This document shows positions 15,001 through 30,000 of a stretch of DNA of 64,000 nt, piece after piece. Below the pieces are notes generated by a model. The model ran no database searches and was not told the origin of the DNA. It saw nothing but the letters and a program-made list of their open reading frames with translations. Source of the DNA: Haliotis rubra (taxonomy: Eukaryota); the NCBI RefSeq assembly GCF_003918875.1, contig NW_025765539.1, positions 1 to 64,000 of the forward strand. The letters are read 5' to 3'. Within the stretch, counting starts at the first letter, position 1; every line of letters begins with the position of its first letter. The position numbers and the translations under genes were made by a program.

Positions 15001-18000
15001 CCCATCAATAAATCATCATGATTATATGTTGTCGCATCCGTAGTGGAATATCATTTCAGGCCGGGTTACAGAAAGCCCATGGCTACTTCGTTACCGATCA
15101 GCCATCTTCGAGTTGAGTTAATTTCGTTCCGGTCGCACCAAAGTTGTGCGACGACCTTCCAAGCCAGACAATTGAACCGAGTTACGTGCTCACGCGAAAG
15201 CAGACGCGTGAATAAACCTTCAAATACGCCATATCTGTGATGCCGGACTGGCAGCCAAGATGCAAGATTTCAGTAAAACCGGCGTTCTAACGTTCAGTGG
15301 AAATCAGTCAAGAAAAGCGGGGAGTGAAATATCGTCAACTGGCCTGCGTGAGACGCTCGGCGATTGCACGAGTTGTGCTCCAGCGTTTAGCACCAACCAT
15401 AATCTCTGCTGATTTTACACGACAAACAGTTCGAAACGGAAAATTATGATCTACGATGCCGAATCATTAAGTTTATGTCGTCGACACGCAACAGAAAAAT
15501 ACATGAAGATCCTAGTTGCAAGACAGTCGTATTCACGCAGAAGCGCGAAAGCCGAATAAAGAGAAGTCTGATAAAGCCGCACAGGTTATAAGCTTAACGG
15601 TTGTTACGACACCACAACTGACCAGCTCGATTTCGGTTATCGCTTCAAGATGTATGCCCGATTTACTATTCAAAATACAGGTGCGCAGATGGTTCAAAGA
15701 TCACGAAACGCAGCAAGTTGACAAATAAGGGTCATGAAGTTTCAAATTGCGTCAATATGTTCCAGTCTATTTAATAACATTCGACGAAATAGATGCGGCG
15801 ATTGACGCATTTAGTAAGTAAGATCAACAGATGTAAGTAAGAGCCAGTATCTATCCCACGTTCACCATTTCGAAACGGAGCCAATAAAACAATGAAAGTT
15901 CGCATATCTTCGTTTTCACGCCAGCCTTCACACTGGCAGCAGACTGGTCAGGCTCGCCGGTTTATCACTACGCCAATACGGTGAACGCCATGCCGTTGAA
16001 CACTGACAGCCCGGCAGCCATGGACTGGTCGCCAGCTGTTAACAAAGCGTAAACCGCCCCGACGTATTGCCGAGTGACGTTCGTTGCACTTTGCCTAACA
16101 ATGATCCCCATTTCAATGACCACGCATTCTTTCAACTTCCTCAATATTGAACAGACAGTTCGAAGCCTAAAATCATTCGCCGATCGAACACAAGATAAAT
16201 CATCGTTTCATCATGGCATTGAAGACAAGCAACCGTTCGAAGTCCGACAGCCGAATACAACAACAACGATCCGGGTAACGAACATTATGTAAAATCCATT
16301 ATATGCCGAAGACCAGTACGAAAACATTTTGGTTCATAAAGTCGTCGATGCAAACATTCGAAATCGCTTTTCAGTAACCGGCCTGATGATCTTCAGAGAT
16401 CCAGTTTCCATCAAGAATCGGTTTCCAGCCGTTGGTCATCGTCGCAGCAAGTCGGTACGGTGCCGCGCGCGTTTGATTCCGGCGGTTTTCACGATTCCGT
16501 TTAAAACAGTTAATATGGACTTACGACGGATCACAGAGTATGTACCAGTATTTAAACGTATTGCGTGAACAATGTTGTCGATCTATCGCATCGCGAGTCA
16601 TCGACGCCAACAACGCTATATCTACGCACACTGGTGATATAGTTTCGAAGTCTTTTGAAAACGACGAATTAGAAAGGTTCAAATCAGTTTATTGTGCCAG
16701 ATTTAATGATTCGCGGCAACGGAAGTCATGTCACCGCAGTCCGTGCGTGAATATCGTATTGTTCACGTTCAGCACCATGGCATAGTGGTCACGCGTAATC
16801 AACCATTCATATCGTACGTGTCGTCTCGATATGATTAGCGGATTTCGTTCACGTAGAATTACGGACATTTTGCGAAGTATTGCCGTGAGCGATTTCGCTG
16901 ATGATCAGTTATCGGCGGGCAATGGCCAGACCAGTTATTTGCTTCAAATCCATATATTATCATCTTTCAAAATGGTATCCAGACCGGTTCTTCATCGGTG
17001 TCGTCATTGAACGGTGAGCATAGCAATGTTAAGAATTACGCATATCACCCCGAATTTTGATATCGCATCAAAAAAGAAAGTATTAACATTATTGTTCTCG
17101 GCGAACATGTTTCGAAGTTATTTTATTTCACCATTGTTCCAATTGGTGACTTCTCCGTTACAGTTTGAATGGTCGTACGTATCCGCGGGCAACGAGTCAT
17201 ATTGAATCAATTCATCGATGAATGGGTTATTAAACAACTTCCAAACATCTAGAATGTTTAATTCAACAATGGACAGACGAACAAGAGGCGAAGCCGACCA
17301 CGTACACCGTTCAACATCGCTCAATTCGATGACGACGTAAATCTAATTCAGCCATAACGTATTCTGCAAGTCATCGTAAGGACGAAAGTCAGTACGTTAT
17401 TTGAATCAACATTTCTTTAATAAGTTATAGCCAGTCGTGACGCGAATTGATACGATAATATCGCCTTTGAGATAAACACGTATTCATTAATCCAAAGACA
17501 ACAAGCGAAGAAATAATCATGCCTAATTACTCCAGAAGACGTAAAGCCGAGAATGAGCCGAAAATATAAACCAGTGAATAATAAAGCATATCAGGTTGAT
17601 TAGCGGTCCTTATTGTCGCCGACCGGCATTAACCAATAATGCAATCATCAGGCGTAGTGACCGAGCCGACGAGTGCCTGCGGACCTTTCAAAAATAGACA
17701 ACCGGTAGCCTTTTCAATAACCACAGATTCAACATACGAATGAGAACGAAATCATCATTCGCAACATCGACACCGTGCGTTCGGTTGATCATGATCCGTA
17801 ATACATAGTTGCGATCATCATCTGGGTACAGATCATGCAGTTCAACAATAGATTTCGACCTCATAAAAACAGATCCGCCGCCAAAGTCTATATCACCAAA
17901 GTTGCCATAATGTCAATTGATAAAGTTGCCACGTGATACCATGGTAAACGTCGCTAACACAACATTTGAAGAAGAAGCCGTGACAGACGTCACGAACCGA

Positions 18001-21000
18001 CGTCGCTAACAATCCGCTTCACGTAATCACTTCCCCGAAGACGCGATGTTGGAAGAAGACCGCTGTTTCAGAAACTCTTCTTTACAGTATGTATTGAATA
18101 CGCTCGGCATTATCAATTTCTTTCATTACATATATGACGAAGTGTGTTCGCGTGCGTGCGTTCAATGCTCGTAAAGTCTACAGACGCTTCGTCGCATGCA
18201 GGACATAAGAAAATTATTTCCGACAATAAACGAGCATGTCAACAAATATCAAACACGAAAGTTGAAAATAACCATTTGGGTATCAAGCGGTTACGACTGT
18301 TTACAGTATGAGTTAAGAACGACCGTCACCGATACGTAAAGCCGTCAATAAGGACAAGGGAAATGCAAAGCTGAAAGCGTTATACCGTGAAGAATCATGT
18401 CAAAATACCGCGAATCCGGGTTGAATATACCACAACTCATGCCGAATATTGAAGGTAAAACCACCACCACCACCGCAAATAAGTTTCATACGTACTACAA
18501 AGAAATCGAAGAAGCCAGCACAGTATCATGAAATGCGCCGATATGTCAATCATTTTAAAGCATGAGAACCGACCTCCGGGTTCACTATATTAATAAAGCA
18601 ACGTATTTCAGTCGGTTACGATCACAAATCAACCAAAATGACGTAGCGATCGCATCGTTCAAAATACGAAGTGCACTTCACACCGGCAAGACAGCCGGTT
18701 CTATCGAAACATGATTTGCGACCACGAACAATCGGAAATCGTCGGGTATCGTTATCTCGAAAACATGTAGTTCAAGCTTGCAGCAGTGTCAACAATATCA
18801 TTGTTTCGTTTTCCATTAACATGCTCTTCCAGTAATGCGTAAGCGATAAGTTCCAAAGCCGAACAAAATACGTTTGGCGCAAGCCGCCGCCAAGCCGTCC
18901 TGTCAACATACGATGTAGTGCAAAAATACGGGCGATAGAAAGGAAGACAGTCACGACCAATAACATTGGCTTGAATAGACACGACGCCCGGTTACAGTGG
19001 TTTGATAATAGGCATCATTGCGGCCAGTTAATGCAAGATAATAAGCGTTAAAATGTTCATGCACACACGGTGAGAAGCGAAAGTTGCATTTCAAACATTT
19101 GTGATTTATACAAGACAACTTAAGAAATTACGTTCTGTAAGTTCCATTAAGAACATGTATAAGTCGGGCCGTAACGTATCGAACAATGGATGGTTAATAT
19201 TTCACATAACCAAGTTTGTGACGTGAAAGTTGCCCCAACCAAATCCGGGTCAGTCGCCCTGAGGAACAGACAATGTTATAGTTTAATCGCTACCGATTGC
19301 CTTCATCATTGAATGATTGTTACAGCGTCATCAACGATGTTTCAAACCTTCCGATACCTGTGATTGTTGTTCAAATCAACATCTGGCGGCCGTTAATGCG
19401 CTTCGGTGTTCGGTACTGGCGTTGGTATTCGTCGCGGCACAGATAGACGAGCGAAAGTACGGTACAAACGAACAGTCGGTCGACGTCGCCATGTTGCGTC
19501 GTTATTTATCTTCAGAAGTACCGCGAAGGTCCGCAAGAATACGATCTTCGGTATCCCGCGCCAGTCAAAGAGGCAACCAGGAACAGGCTCGACAAGCCAT
19601 CAATACGTCACGGGTTCCTCAGTCAGATCGGTCGATCGACAACCGGAAGTCCAGACCGACATTATTGCATTGAATATTGGGCTGAGCGCGGCGCAACCGA
19701 ACCAATTTATGCGTAACCTGTCAATTCTGCAAAACGCGCGTTCGCGGATTTGAAATAGACAGTTCGAAGAATGAGCGATCAATTAGTAGCAACCGATCAT
19801 TGCAACAAGAACAAATTCGTTATCCGACATCACATACGCCCGGATAACCCGATCGTACACATCAATACGAAAGTGGTTACGCATGCCCATTGGCTGCTGA
19901 TCACCGCCACCGGTGAACATCACTTCCAGCTGTTAGAACACAGGATAATTGTTCGACGATTTAATCGTTGTCAACAGTAGAGAGAGCTGCACGCCAGTTT
20001 TCGTCACAAGATGCCGTCACTATAAAATACATTAACTGACATGACATACTTCAAAACACGCGTCGGATTAACGAGAAGGATCGTGGCAGTAAAGCAGCCA
20101 TTGCCTAGAAAACATTGAGATAAAGATATGAAAGAAATGATAATGCCTGTCCAGCGAACGCTGCTAAAGAATAAAGAAACCATCCAGAATAAATGATACA
20201 ACATGATCAAAGTCGTTACTGTTCAGTCAACCACGCCAGTTATAGCGTGCCAATCAACAAAGTCAGGCCGAACTGTGCCGACTTCGTATCTCCGTCAGAT
20301 ACCGATGCTGACCCGATCACGAGTCGTTCGGCCCGCTATGGACGTCGCGCAGTAAAGCAAACACCAACAAATCAACTTCAATATGATGACTACGCAACAA
20401 CATTTACCGTTCATTATTGCATCAAGCAACAGCCAAGTTTCAAAATTGCTAGTTATTCGTCATGATGCTGGTCTGAATTCGTTGAAGCGATCAATGCCTG
20501 CAACTATCGATTTATATTCGTTCATCATTAAGCGTTAGCCGTAATCAACATGAAGCGGAATCCTTTGAAGGCAAATACTGTAAGCCTGCGTTTGAAGGTA
20601 TAGCGGCGAACAATATCTTCCAAACAGAACGACAGCAGCCGCATGTGTTTCTGTGTTCAGACGGCGGGCTCAAAGAAGACGGTGATCACCAGCGGCTAAG
20701 ATCTAAAACGCATAGAACGTACCGCTATATTCCGGTATTTCCGGTGATCAAACAACGTTTCATACTCGAATGGTCTCATATGTCGTGGGTGACAAACAAC
20801 GCCATACCTCGAACGGCCCTTCATGGTCAATGTCGTCAGTTTTCGGTCTATCGGATATCTCCCGGGAATGTAACAAGCTTCGATTCAATCCCCTGCCTGG
20901 CACAGAATAGCAATGCTCGTTCAGGGTACCGAAGGCCCGGCTGGTCGCAAAAGGGCGCGCGCAGAACAGCACGTGATCGGCGTTCGCGACGACAAGCTCA

Positions 21001-24000
21001 ATATCTCGATATTACGCTGACGAAGCATCGGCGTTGGTAAGCCATGCTTTGCTTCAGCCCGAAAATACCTGTTGTTCAATGCCATTATAGCGCATGCACA
21101 AACGCGACAACAACGCGTTAAACGTTTTTCTTCAGCTCATGCAATGGCCCTCACCAAAGACGATACCATGCCGCCGATCACCGGATTGCTCACCAGCCCC
21201 TCGCCACAGCAGACCGCCGCCGGTAATGGGAACATTGCCAGCGCGGCAAATACTTCCTGAAATTATTGATATTGTTCATCTAAATTGAAACGACCGACAT
21301 ACCACGAAGTTTGAAAGCCGCGATTAACATATTCGAGCGGTGGATTATCATAGAACATGTCGATCAATCTTTCCATTGCTGATTCGACGTTAGAAGATTC
21401 GATGTTCTTAACCGTATAAAGCGTTTTGCGCAAGCGAAAGCATTATAACGAAATGATAATAGTAGTTCGAGTTTGCAAATGTTCAACCAATGATCAACAG
21501 ACAGTTGGGATAATATTATACGTTCAACGAAGTCAGAGCCGATCACCCGCCGTTACCATCAATTTCACGAATGTTGATTCTACGCAAAACGATACAGAAA
21601 GACAACATATTATTAAAAACAGGACGGGATTGAAATAGTCACCGGAAACAGACAGCCGTTTAATCCGTGCGCAATAATATGAAATCCCAGTCGTCATGAA
21701 CCGCCAACACCGAAGCCTTGGGATCAATAGAATGAGCAATCAACGATCATTAGCCACCCGTTAAAGGGAAATTGATCCGCTAACGACACCCCAGTGCAAT
21801 CATCACCAAACATTACCGCGACGCAATAAATTTATCGAATAACCGCTCATTGAGATTCGTCAATCACCTAGAATCAACATGAAACCGATCAATTAATTGA
21901 TAGCGATTAAGAAACATTGATGGCAGCCCGTTTAAAACAGAAGACGCCTTCGGTTACCAACCAAAACGTCGATCAAGAATCGTTACCGGAGTCAACAGCG
22001 CAATCAGATAAAGTTCGTCAAGAACCGTTTACATCATGGCTTTAGAAGTTGGCGCAGTAAAGCCGTCCACGCATTTGTCTCATTTGGTATGAGAATGCCG
22101 AAAAGAAAACTTGCAATGCCCGGTCAGCCCCTGTTTCGAAAATAATACCGTTCAAAATATTAAAGCTACAGTCAAGATTAATTATCGAATATCTTTATTT
22201 GACGCGTCAATCGCCAGCCAAGATTCATGAACGAGAATATCGAAGAATCGATACCGTCATGACGTACGTCGAACTACATCGGTACCGGTGGAAGAACATA
22301 TTGAGCAGTGCTAATGAAGAAATCTTCGAGCTCATTTAGTTCGATCATCGTTGGCGCCGCCAGAAGTTCGATCCAGAAGATATCTGATAAGCGCAGAATA
22401 GTAAAGAGGTATTTTATTCGACGTCGACCGGTGTTGAGATCTTCGCGCGTTGAGTTTACAGTCTGGAAGTACGTTATGATCGTTCGAAGCGGCAACAGAG
22501 TCGTCCGAGGCGCATATCGTCATCGGCGCCGTTGGAGTCACAGACGTGGTCATGGCCATCAACCACCAGTCATTTCGATGAATAATTTAAAGTAACAGAT
22601 CACGCTGTGATAGAATGTCATCAATATCAAACATGGGAACAACAAACCCATTGGTCGGTTTGTTTATCCCTAAATCACTTTGTTAATTCCCCTCACGCAC
22701 ACAGTTATGTCACAAAAGTTCATCATCATCTCCATCCTTCGAATATGAGCCTTGGCTTCAGCAGATGTTTGATGCATACATATCATGCGGAAGATCATCA
22801 GCCCGGAGTTAATCAGTGACGAGCCAACAGAATCAGCAACATTCTAATTCAGGCCGGTTGAAACCATTTACAGCTGCCGTTCTTCAAATAAGTAGCCGGT
22901 CATTCGGTCGCGCCAAACGGACATCGTCATTTGTCATTCGTTTGTTTGTTTCAAATGAATTTTGAAACCATCAAAAGCAACGCAGAATTGCCGCAGAAGA
23001 CCTATCTGAATATACACTATCAGCAAGACATCGTATATTCCATTTTATTGAGGGTCCAGTCCTTGTTTCTACTCGTTAGCGAAAAGGTCAGAACGTCGTC
23101 CGAGATCAGCATTTGGTCGGGATGAACAAAGATCAACTACCGATCAATAAAGAAAACGTCAATACCGAATTCAACCATCGTTAACAGAATAGCCGCAGTT
23201 TGCGGAATAGCACATCTTCCCCAATAATATGAACAAAGGGCAAAACAGAAACAGTAAAAACGTTTTACAGCCGTGCAGTCCCCATGACGATCAGCATATT
23301 TATATCAAAGAGCTGGGTAAGCGTTGCGATTTTGAAAGTATCGTTACTCATTCGCGTTTGACAACACAGCCGTAAGATTATCGAAAGAAGTATATCCGCG
23401 ACAACACGTGGTCAACCAGCGACACTTTATTCCGTAAACACGGCCGTGCTCGGATAGTATTGATGAAGAAGCCATATCACGTTTCCGCCATCAGCACCAC
23501 CAACCAAACCATATCGTGGTTTCAATAATGAATAAAGAAGTTTACCAGAAAACAGGGGTCCGGCAGTACAGACGAGCAGGGATATCGCGATTAAACATTC
23601 AAGTCATAACATTGAAATTGTATCAACTTCATATTACATCTGAAATACGTAATACCGTAAAGTCGCGGCAATTTTGTTAGGGTCGTTAGTCGGTTGAATA
23701 TAGCCGTATTTGATTTCGCCGCCGCAGTCAGAAGCCGAGAATCGAAACGTTTAGGTATCGGCACCACCAGATATCCTCATAACGTCAATTGTCGATTGTT
23801 TCCGTTATATTTGTGAGCTGACGACGATATTTAAATCGGCAGGAACAAGAGGACCAAAGAACACAACGCCTTTCCCCAGTCGAAGCTTTCTTCCAGTGTC
23901 ATATTGGTCGAACGGGTTATAGTGGAAACAATTCGTATTCGGTTTATCCCATAAAATATAATAACGGTCAAAATTCATTCAAGGTTCATCTGCATTACCG

Positions 24001-27000
24001 TAAAAACATCGCGTACTAACGCAGAGTTGAAGGCAAGCGAAGTCATCTGGTTCGATTTCCAAAGCTTGTTGGTGACAAACGGTGCGACGATCATCATTCC
24101 ATACCAGCGATATGCCAGCCATCCATCGATCAGTTCGCCTTCAGTCTCTTATAGCGTCGAAGACGCCGATGGCGTACCGGCGACGGCGTCAACAGACGCT
24201 CCGGCCGGTGTCGAAATTCAGCCACGCAGCAGACCACAAATATCCGCTTCGATGTTAAAGCGTTTCCATGAATATATGCACGTCGCCATAAAGCGAAAAC
24301 CCAATACTGGCCATGTCATGCCGGGGAATTATTCCAGTACATTGAAAGCCGCATAGCAGAGGAAAACCGAAAACGGCATCTATCACACGAATTACCGAAG
24401 ACGGAGATGGAAAACCATACGTTGTAATTGGTAAATGGCCGATGCCGGTTTATTTGTGTTTCGTTCAACATCTCCAACCAACAAACCGCAAAACTTCCAC
24501 ACACCAATAAAATAAACAAATATGACCAAGTCAGCCTTTGAAAACATGTATCGTAATGTTTCCATTTATATTAGGCAGCGTGGGGATCAAATTCACTGAA
24601 TAAACGTTTACCTGCATAAGTCAGGTGGCGAAGATAGTAACGCTTAGCGTGTTACAAACATTGAACAGGTGTTAATGAGCCATCCGGCATCTGCTGGTCG
24701 TTAACCGCTGGATGAGGAAACGGGTTCGTCTAATGTTGTTCATAACCGGTTTTCGATTTCAGCGGATCAGTCGTTGACGTTTTAAACATATTTTCAAGCA
24801 AAAGCACCTGCCTTCGTCATACCGATAACAGACTGGCTTCAACATTTTCAACCCGAACACAATAGTATGATAAACTAATGAGGGCCCTGAATTTCTTCGC
24901 ATAACTTTAAAATAAACACCAGCGTACCGATCATGTAATTCGATTGTTAGAAGCCCACTACGTACAGAAAAACAGTCCATTTCAAGTTGCGCCAGTCATT
25001 AAATGTACGTAATGAGAATGCCGTTGTCGCGTTTCGTTTGCCCACCGTCATGCGACCCGTTAAAACTCCAACAACATCACCGGCTGGGTTGCATTAGTTA
25101 CGCCAGCGAAGTCAATTCGCCCTTTTGCGCATAGCCAGCAATAATTTTGACACGCTATAATGGAAAATTCATAATATGACTTCATCTATTTCCGCCCCGG
25201 TCAGCGAAAGCCATCCGGTCACGAAGCACCACCCCACTTCACGTAATACTCCGTACTTCGGTCGGCTACCATTCCCGCATCAGTATCTCCCCACGGAAGG
25301 CCATACCACGCCCGCATCAACCGCCATCTCCCTACGACGAAGTATCTCCACACGATACCGACGGCGTTTATTATATTGAAATTCGAAACGGTCGATCGGT
25401 GTCTGGTTTACAGTCGTCGCCAGACTCAGTCATTGCTCATTCATCATTAGAGTCTGGCCAGTTGCTCATTTACTGTGCCGAAAGTCTTCGTTATCATAGC
25501 CAATTTGTCATTGTGGCTCCACCAGCCTTCATCATTAGTCATGCTCAACTGGCGTTTACGATTAGCATACCTTTCATGCTCAGTTTGCCTTGAGCGTTGC
25601 GCCAGTTCACCGTTGAAGCCGTATCTGTTATTCTTGTTGCAGCCGTTGATAAAGGTCGTTGCACACATAATGTGCGCAGACGAGATCATGGTTACCTTAG
25701 TCCCCATACCACCAAACAATTATATTTATTACCTTTCGTTGCCGCGACCGCACCGCCATTTTCGATGAAGTCAAATGAAAGTCGCAGAGCGTTGCGATTC
25801 AACCACCAGACCATTCGAAGATTGCCAACAACTGAAGCCGATAAATCGAGCTTTCGTGCGTTTTAAAGGTGTGTGCATGCTGGCGATAAACATAATATGG
25901 CTCAAATTGAGCACCGCAATTAGAAGAAGTTCACCGTCACCTCTAACGCAACATCAACAATAACACGTATAGTAACATCAAAGGCGTCGCGAGTACTACT
26001 CTATTCCTCACACATCAACATAAGTACAGTCAAACATTCTTCGGTTCAATATACTTTACTGAACCTTAAAAAGATGTACGCGTTCACGTGTGACAATTAA
26101 GTCTCAGTAGCCCTCACGGAGACAGCATGTCCCACGTGACAGCAATACGTAGAGCATAATCCTGGGGAAGATAACATGTCCCACGCAGACCGAGGCCCTC
26201 GCAGAAGATAGACACAAAAAATTTCACCGTGGCTCCAGCCGCTCCGCCCCGTTCAGCATACATCGATGCTCATAAAACATTTTACGACATGCTTCTGGAA
26301 GAATTTCAGTAAATAAAGGAATGATTATGCTGTTCACCCGACAGAAATGTTGAAATTGAAAAATGTAGATGGCGATAACGTCAACTGACTGATCAGCCAG
26401 CTTAGTTCAATCGCCCGCTAATACGGTCGTAAAAACGAGTGATGACACTGATGCCAACAGTACCGGTCGACGGCGTCTCCAATAGCAAATGAATTACCAG
26501 CTATTGCGTCGAGTGTTCGTAAATAAGCGATATTACGCGTTCATCAGTAGTGAGCACCAGTGAACACACACTGTCTTTGCATGACTGCGTTTAGGTGCCT
26601 GGCTAGAATATCGCCAGGTATATTGCGCTTACGAGATATTCTCAACGTTGTGTTAAAATATCGACGCGGTTTACATCGATTTACCGGGTCTGAGTTCACC
26701 ACGCGCAAATCACCACCGCCACTGGTTGCGAGATTTTAGATATTGAGGCTTCTCTTCATATATCGAATGGCCATGTCATTGATGATCATCGAAAGAGGTC
26801 GATCGACTGAAGATGAATCGCGATAACATTGAATAGTCTTCCAGTATTATCGGTTGCCGATCGATAAAACGAATTGAGGACGAGCTTCATGGCGTCTGAT
26901 ACGTTTTCCCGGTATCAAACCGATCGACCCCCAAAGATATTGATAATTGTTTTATTGATATATCAGTGGAAGTCGGAATTACCATATCGTTACCCAATCG

Positions 27001-30000
27001 AAGAACTGATCGTCGGGGATAGTTATTTTATAACTCAAGTCATCATCAATTTCATCGAAAATCAAAACACGATCAAAGTCAATCATGACGACTAATCGTA
27101 TAAATATGCAGCGGACGACCATATCGTTAAATAGAAATAATATATCAAAGAACATATTGCATAGCTCGAAGATTTGAGAAAATTTTCCCGTGAAATTGAT
27201 TTATCAACGATCTTCGTCGCCATCAGCCAGTTCATAGTCATCGGGCCCGTGAAACGTTCATCGTCATCATCGTTTGAATGTCATCAGATCAAACATATCC
27301 ATATAGAAACATATTGAGCGTATCGAACAAGGCTCGATATTCAAATCATTATTGAAACCATTCTTCATAGAGAATCATCGTCCACGAACAAACATCAAAG
27401 CGGTCGTAAAATCACCGCGCATATCATCCGTGACAACCATTGTTCATTTCCGCCAGATTATCTGTTCGATTCCGAAAATCGTATATCATATCCTACGAAA
27501 TTCAACTATGTTCATCACCGACTTCCGTCGAATATTTCCACCAATTGATCGTACCGGTTATGCCGATTTCGACGAAGGTTAAAGGTATCAAAGACATATC
27601 ATCATTATTATCTCGGTATTCGTTCTTCATCAGTCAAGAAACGGAAATGATATAGTCAACCAATAGCGAGCGTTCCAGGTTTGAACGTTCAGCCAGACGA
27701 TTCGTCAATACGGCGCCGACTCGATTTGTCAGTTCCAAACATATTCTTTTATTCGCCTTTCATATGAAAAAACATATCGATTTCAGCATAAATGTATTGA
27801 ATCGTATGCCATTCCCCGATGATTGAGTCATAATAACTGCCTAATTCCATCCTGTTGTTGTCGAATCGTTTGCAAAGAACATATATCAACGGATCGCGGT
27901 TCGTTAATAAAGCCGTAATAATCAGTATCAACACCGAAAAGAGTTCGGTATCGTTGACGATTAACCGCGAAGAAACCAGTATCAACATCAAACCAGCTTC
28001 ATCGTAACGGTGAATCAATTGGTCGATCAATATATCATCCGCAGATGACGACACAACGACGACGACGATCGCCGCCGCGATGGAGAGGGAGCGTGCCAAC
28101 CGTTCAACATACCCATTTACGACCGATATTGTTCTATATTGTTTGATCATCACGTCATTTAGCGCAGTTCGCGGTTGAATGGTTACGGATTGAAGTTAAT
28201 GTTTCATGCGATGAACGGTACCGACGGATTGATTAGTTCAACTTTAATATTAAAGTCGATGTTGATTAGTTGCACCATATGAAGATTGATTTTCATCACG
28301 TCACCGGTCGATCGATAGTTTAAACCTTCATAATCGCCCGTTCATATGAAAGACGATATCATCGCCACTGACGGATTGATCGATATGATTAAGCCAAAAA
28401 ATTGTTCGAACACATCATATGACGACAATGCCCGATGAATAACGACAAAGTTTATATCCGCTATAAACGAATAAAGTTAAGATAACCACGGCCAATATTT
28501 TAAACATTCTGTTGAACACGACATATGACACGATCAGCGTCGATCTTCAGTACCAAAGTTACGCGAGATGTGAAAGATCGTCGTTTTGACAACAAATGAC
28601 GCACGACGCAATTCTGGTTTGACTAACATGTTTTAACAGCGCCAGTATCGTCCTCACCGTCAAAGCACTGATTGTACGCGTTCAGAATTCAGCAGTTGAT
28701 CGTGACAACAGAAGACAGTCAATATTCGTTATTGAGCCGAAGGTGTTTGTTTTGCCGCCTGGCGACAATTTCCGGTAAAATTGAAAACGACAGTTTAAAG
28801 TCAGGTTCAGACAAAGACGCCAGTGACAATAGTATTCGACGATGAACAACCGATTCATAAATGAATTCGTATCAGTTCTTTACCGGTTCAAAGATATGAT
28901 TCCAGTTTAGTGACCTTGCGCCGTGACGATGCACCTTCAAAGTGCCACGACCGGACTTCGCGCCGATGATGATGATGACGACGACAGTTGACTGTTAATG
29001 TCTGATGCAGCCGTATCACGGTTCATCAATAAGCCAGACAGCCGAATGATGGGCGTCAATGAAGCGACAAAACCTCTTCAATATCCGATAAGAAATTCCG
29101 CTTTTCCACCAGACCGCACCACGGGCAGCAGCCAGCAACAGTTCATTAAAAATACCGCATTTGTTATTTAAGCAGCGACCCGGCATAAACATATGCCGTC
29201 TGAATCAATTGAACACTGAATACTTCCGAACGGTTTATCATCATATTGTCACCGACGCATAACTCTGAAATTTTCGATGTTCATTGGTAACCGGGTGAAC
29301 GTTTTCGATTACGAATGTTACCGATCAAACAACTTCGAGCATTTATGGCGATCTCGATAAAAGATAACGTTGAACTCGAAAAGTTGCGTAAACGCCGGCG
29401 TTCAATGTTGAATTTTGTCGAAAGCGAAGCGGTAAAGCCTTTCGCGGGAGAAGCGTCGTTTTCGTCACCTGAATTCAGGCGGAAGTCAACTGCGGTAGCA
29501 ACTGGCTGGCGCCGATATTATCGAACGATAATAGATCGCACGATATACTGAAAGCTAATAAATACCTGTTCACCTGCCACCCAGTTAAGCAGCTACGGAT
29601 TTGTTGAAGCACAGTGTTGTAAAGGAGAAGACAACCGGTGACAGCCCATTTTCTGGCGAAATAAATGACCAGTTCTCACAAAGACGTTATCAATACTGGT
29701 TACACAATTTTCTTCAAACCACATAAACAGAATGTAATAATCATTGATGACGTGCGCTTCAGCTCATCGATTTTGCTTTCGACACATCAGAACACAAGTA
29801 CGGTGATGATGCTCATGGTGCCACCGATTGTTTGAAGTCCTTCATCGAATGCTTACGTCTTATACATCGTTGTCCCTTTATCGCTGCGTTTATTGGTTGC
29901 GCTCCAGGTTACGAACATTCATTTCGCATGAGATAATAGATAGTCAATAGTTTTTATTCGTGTTCGACAACATTATGTCCTTGACGTTATACGGGATAAC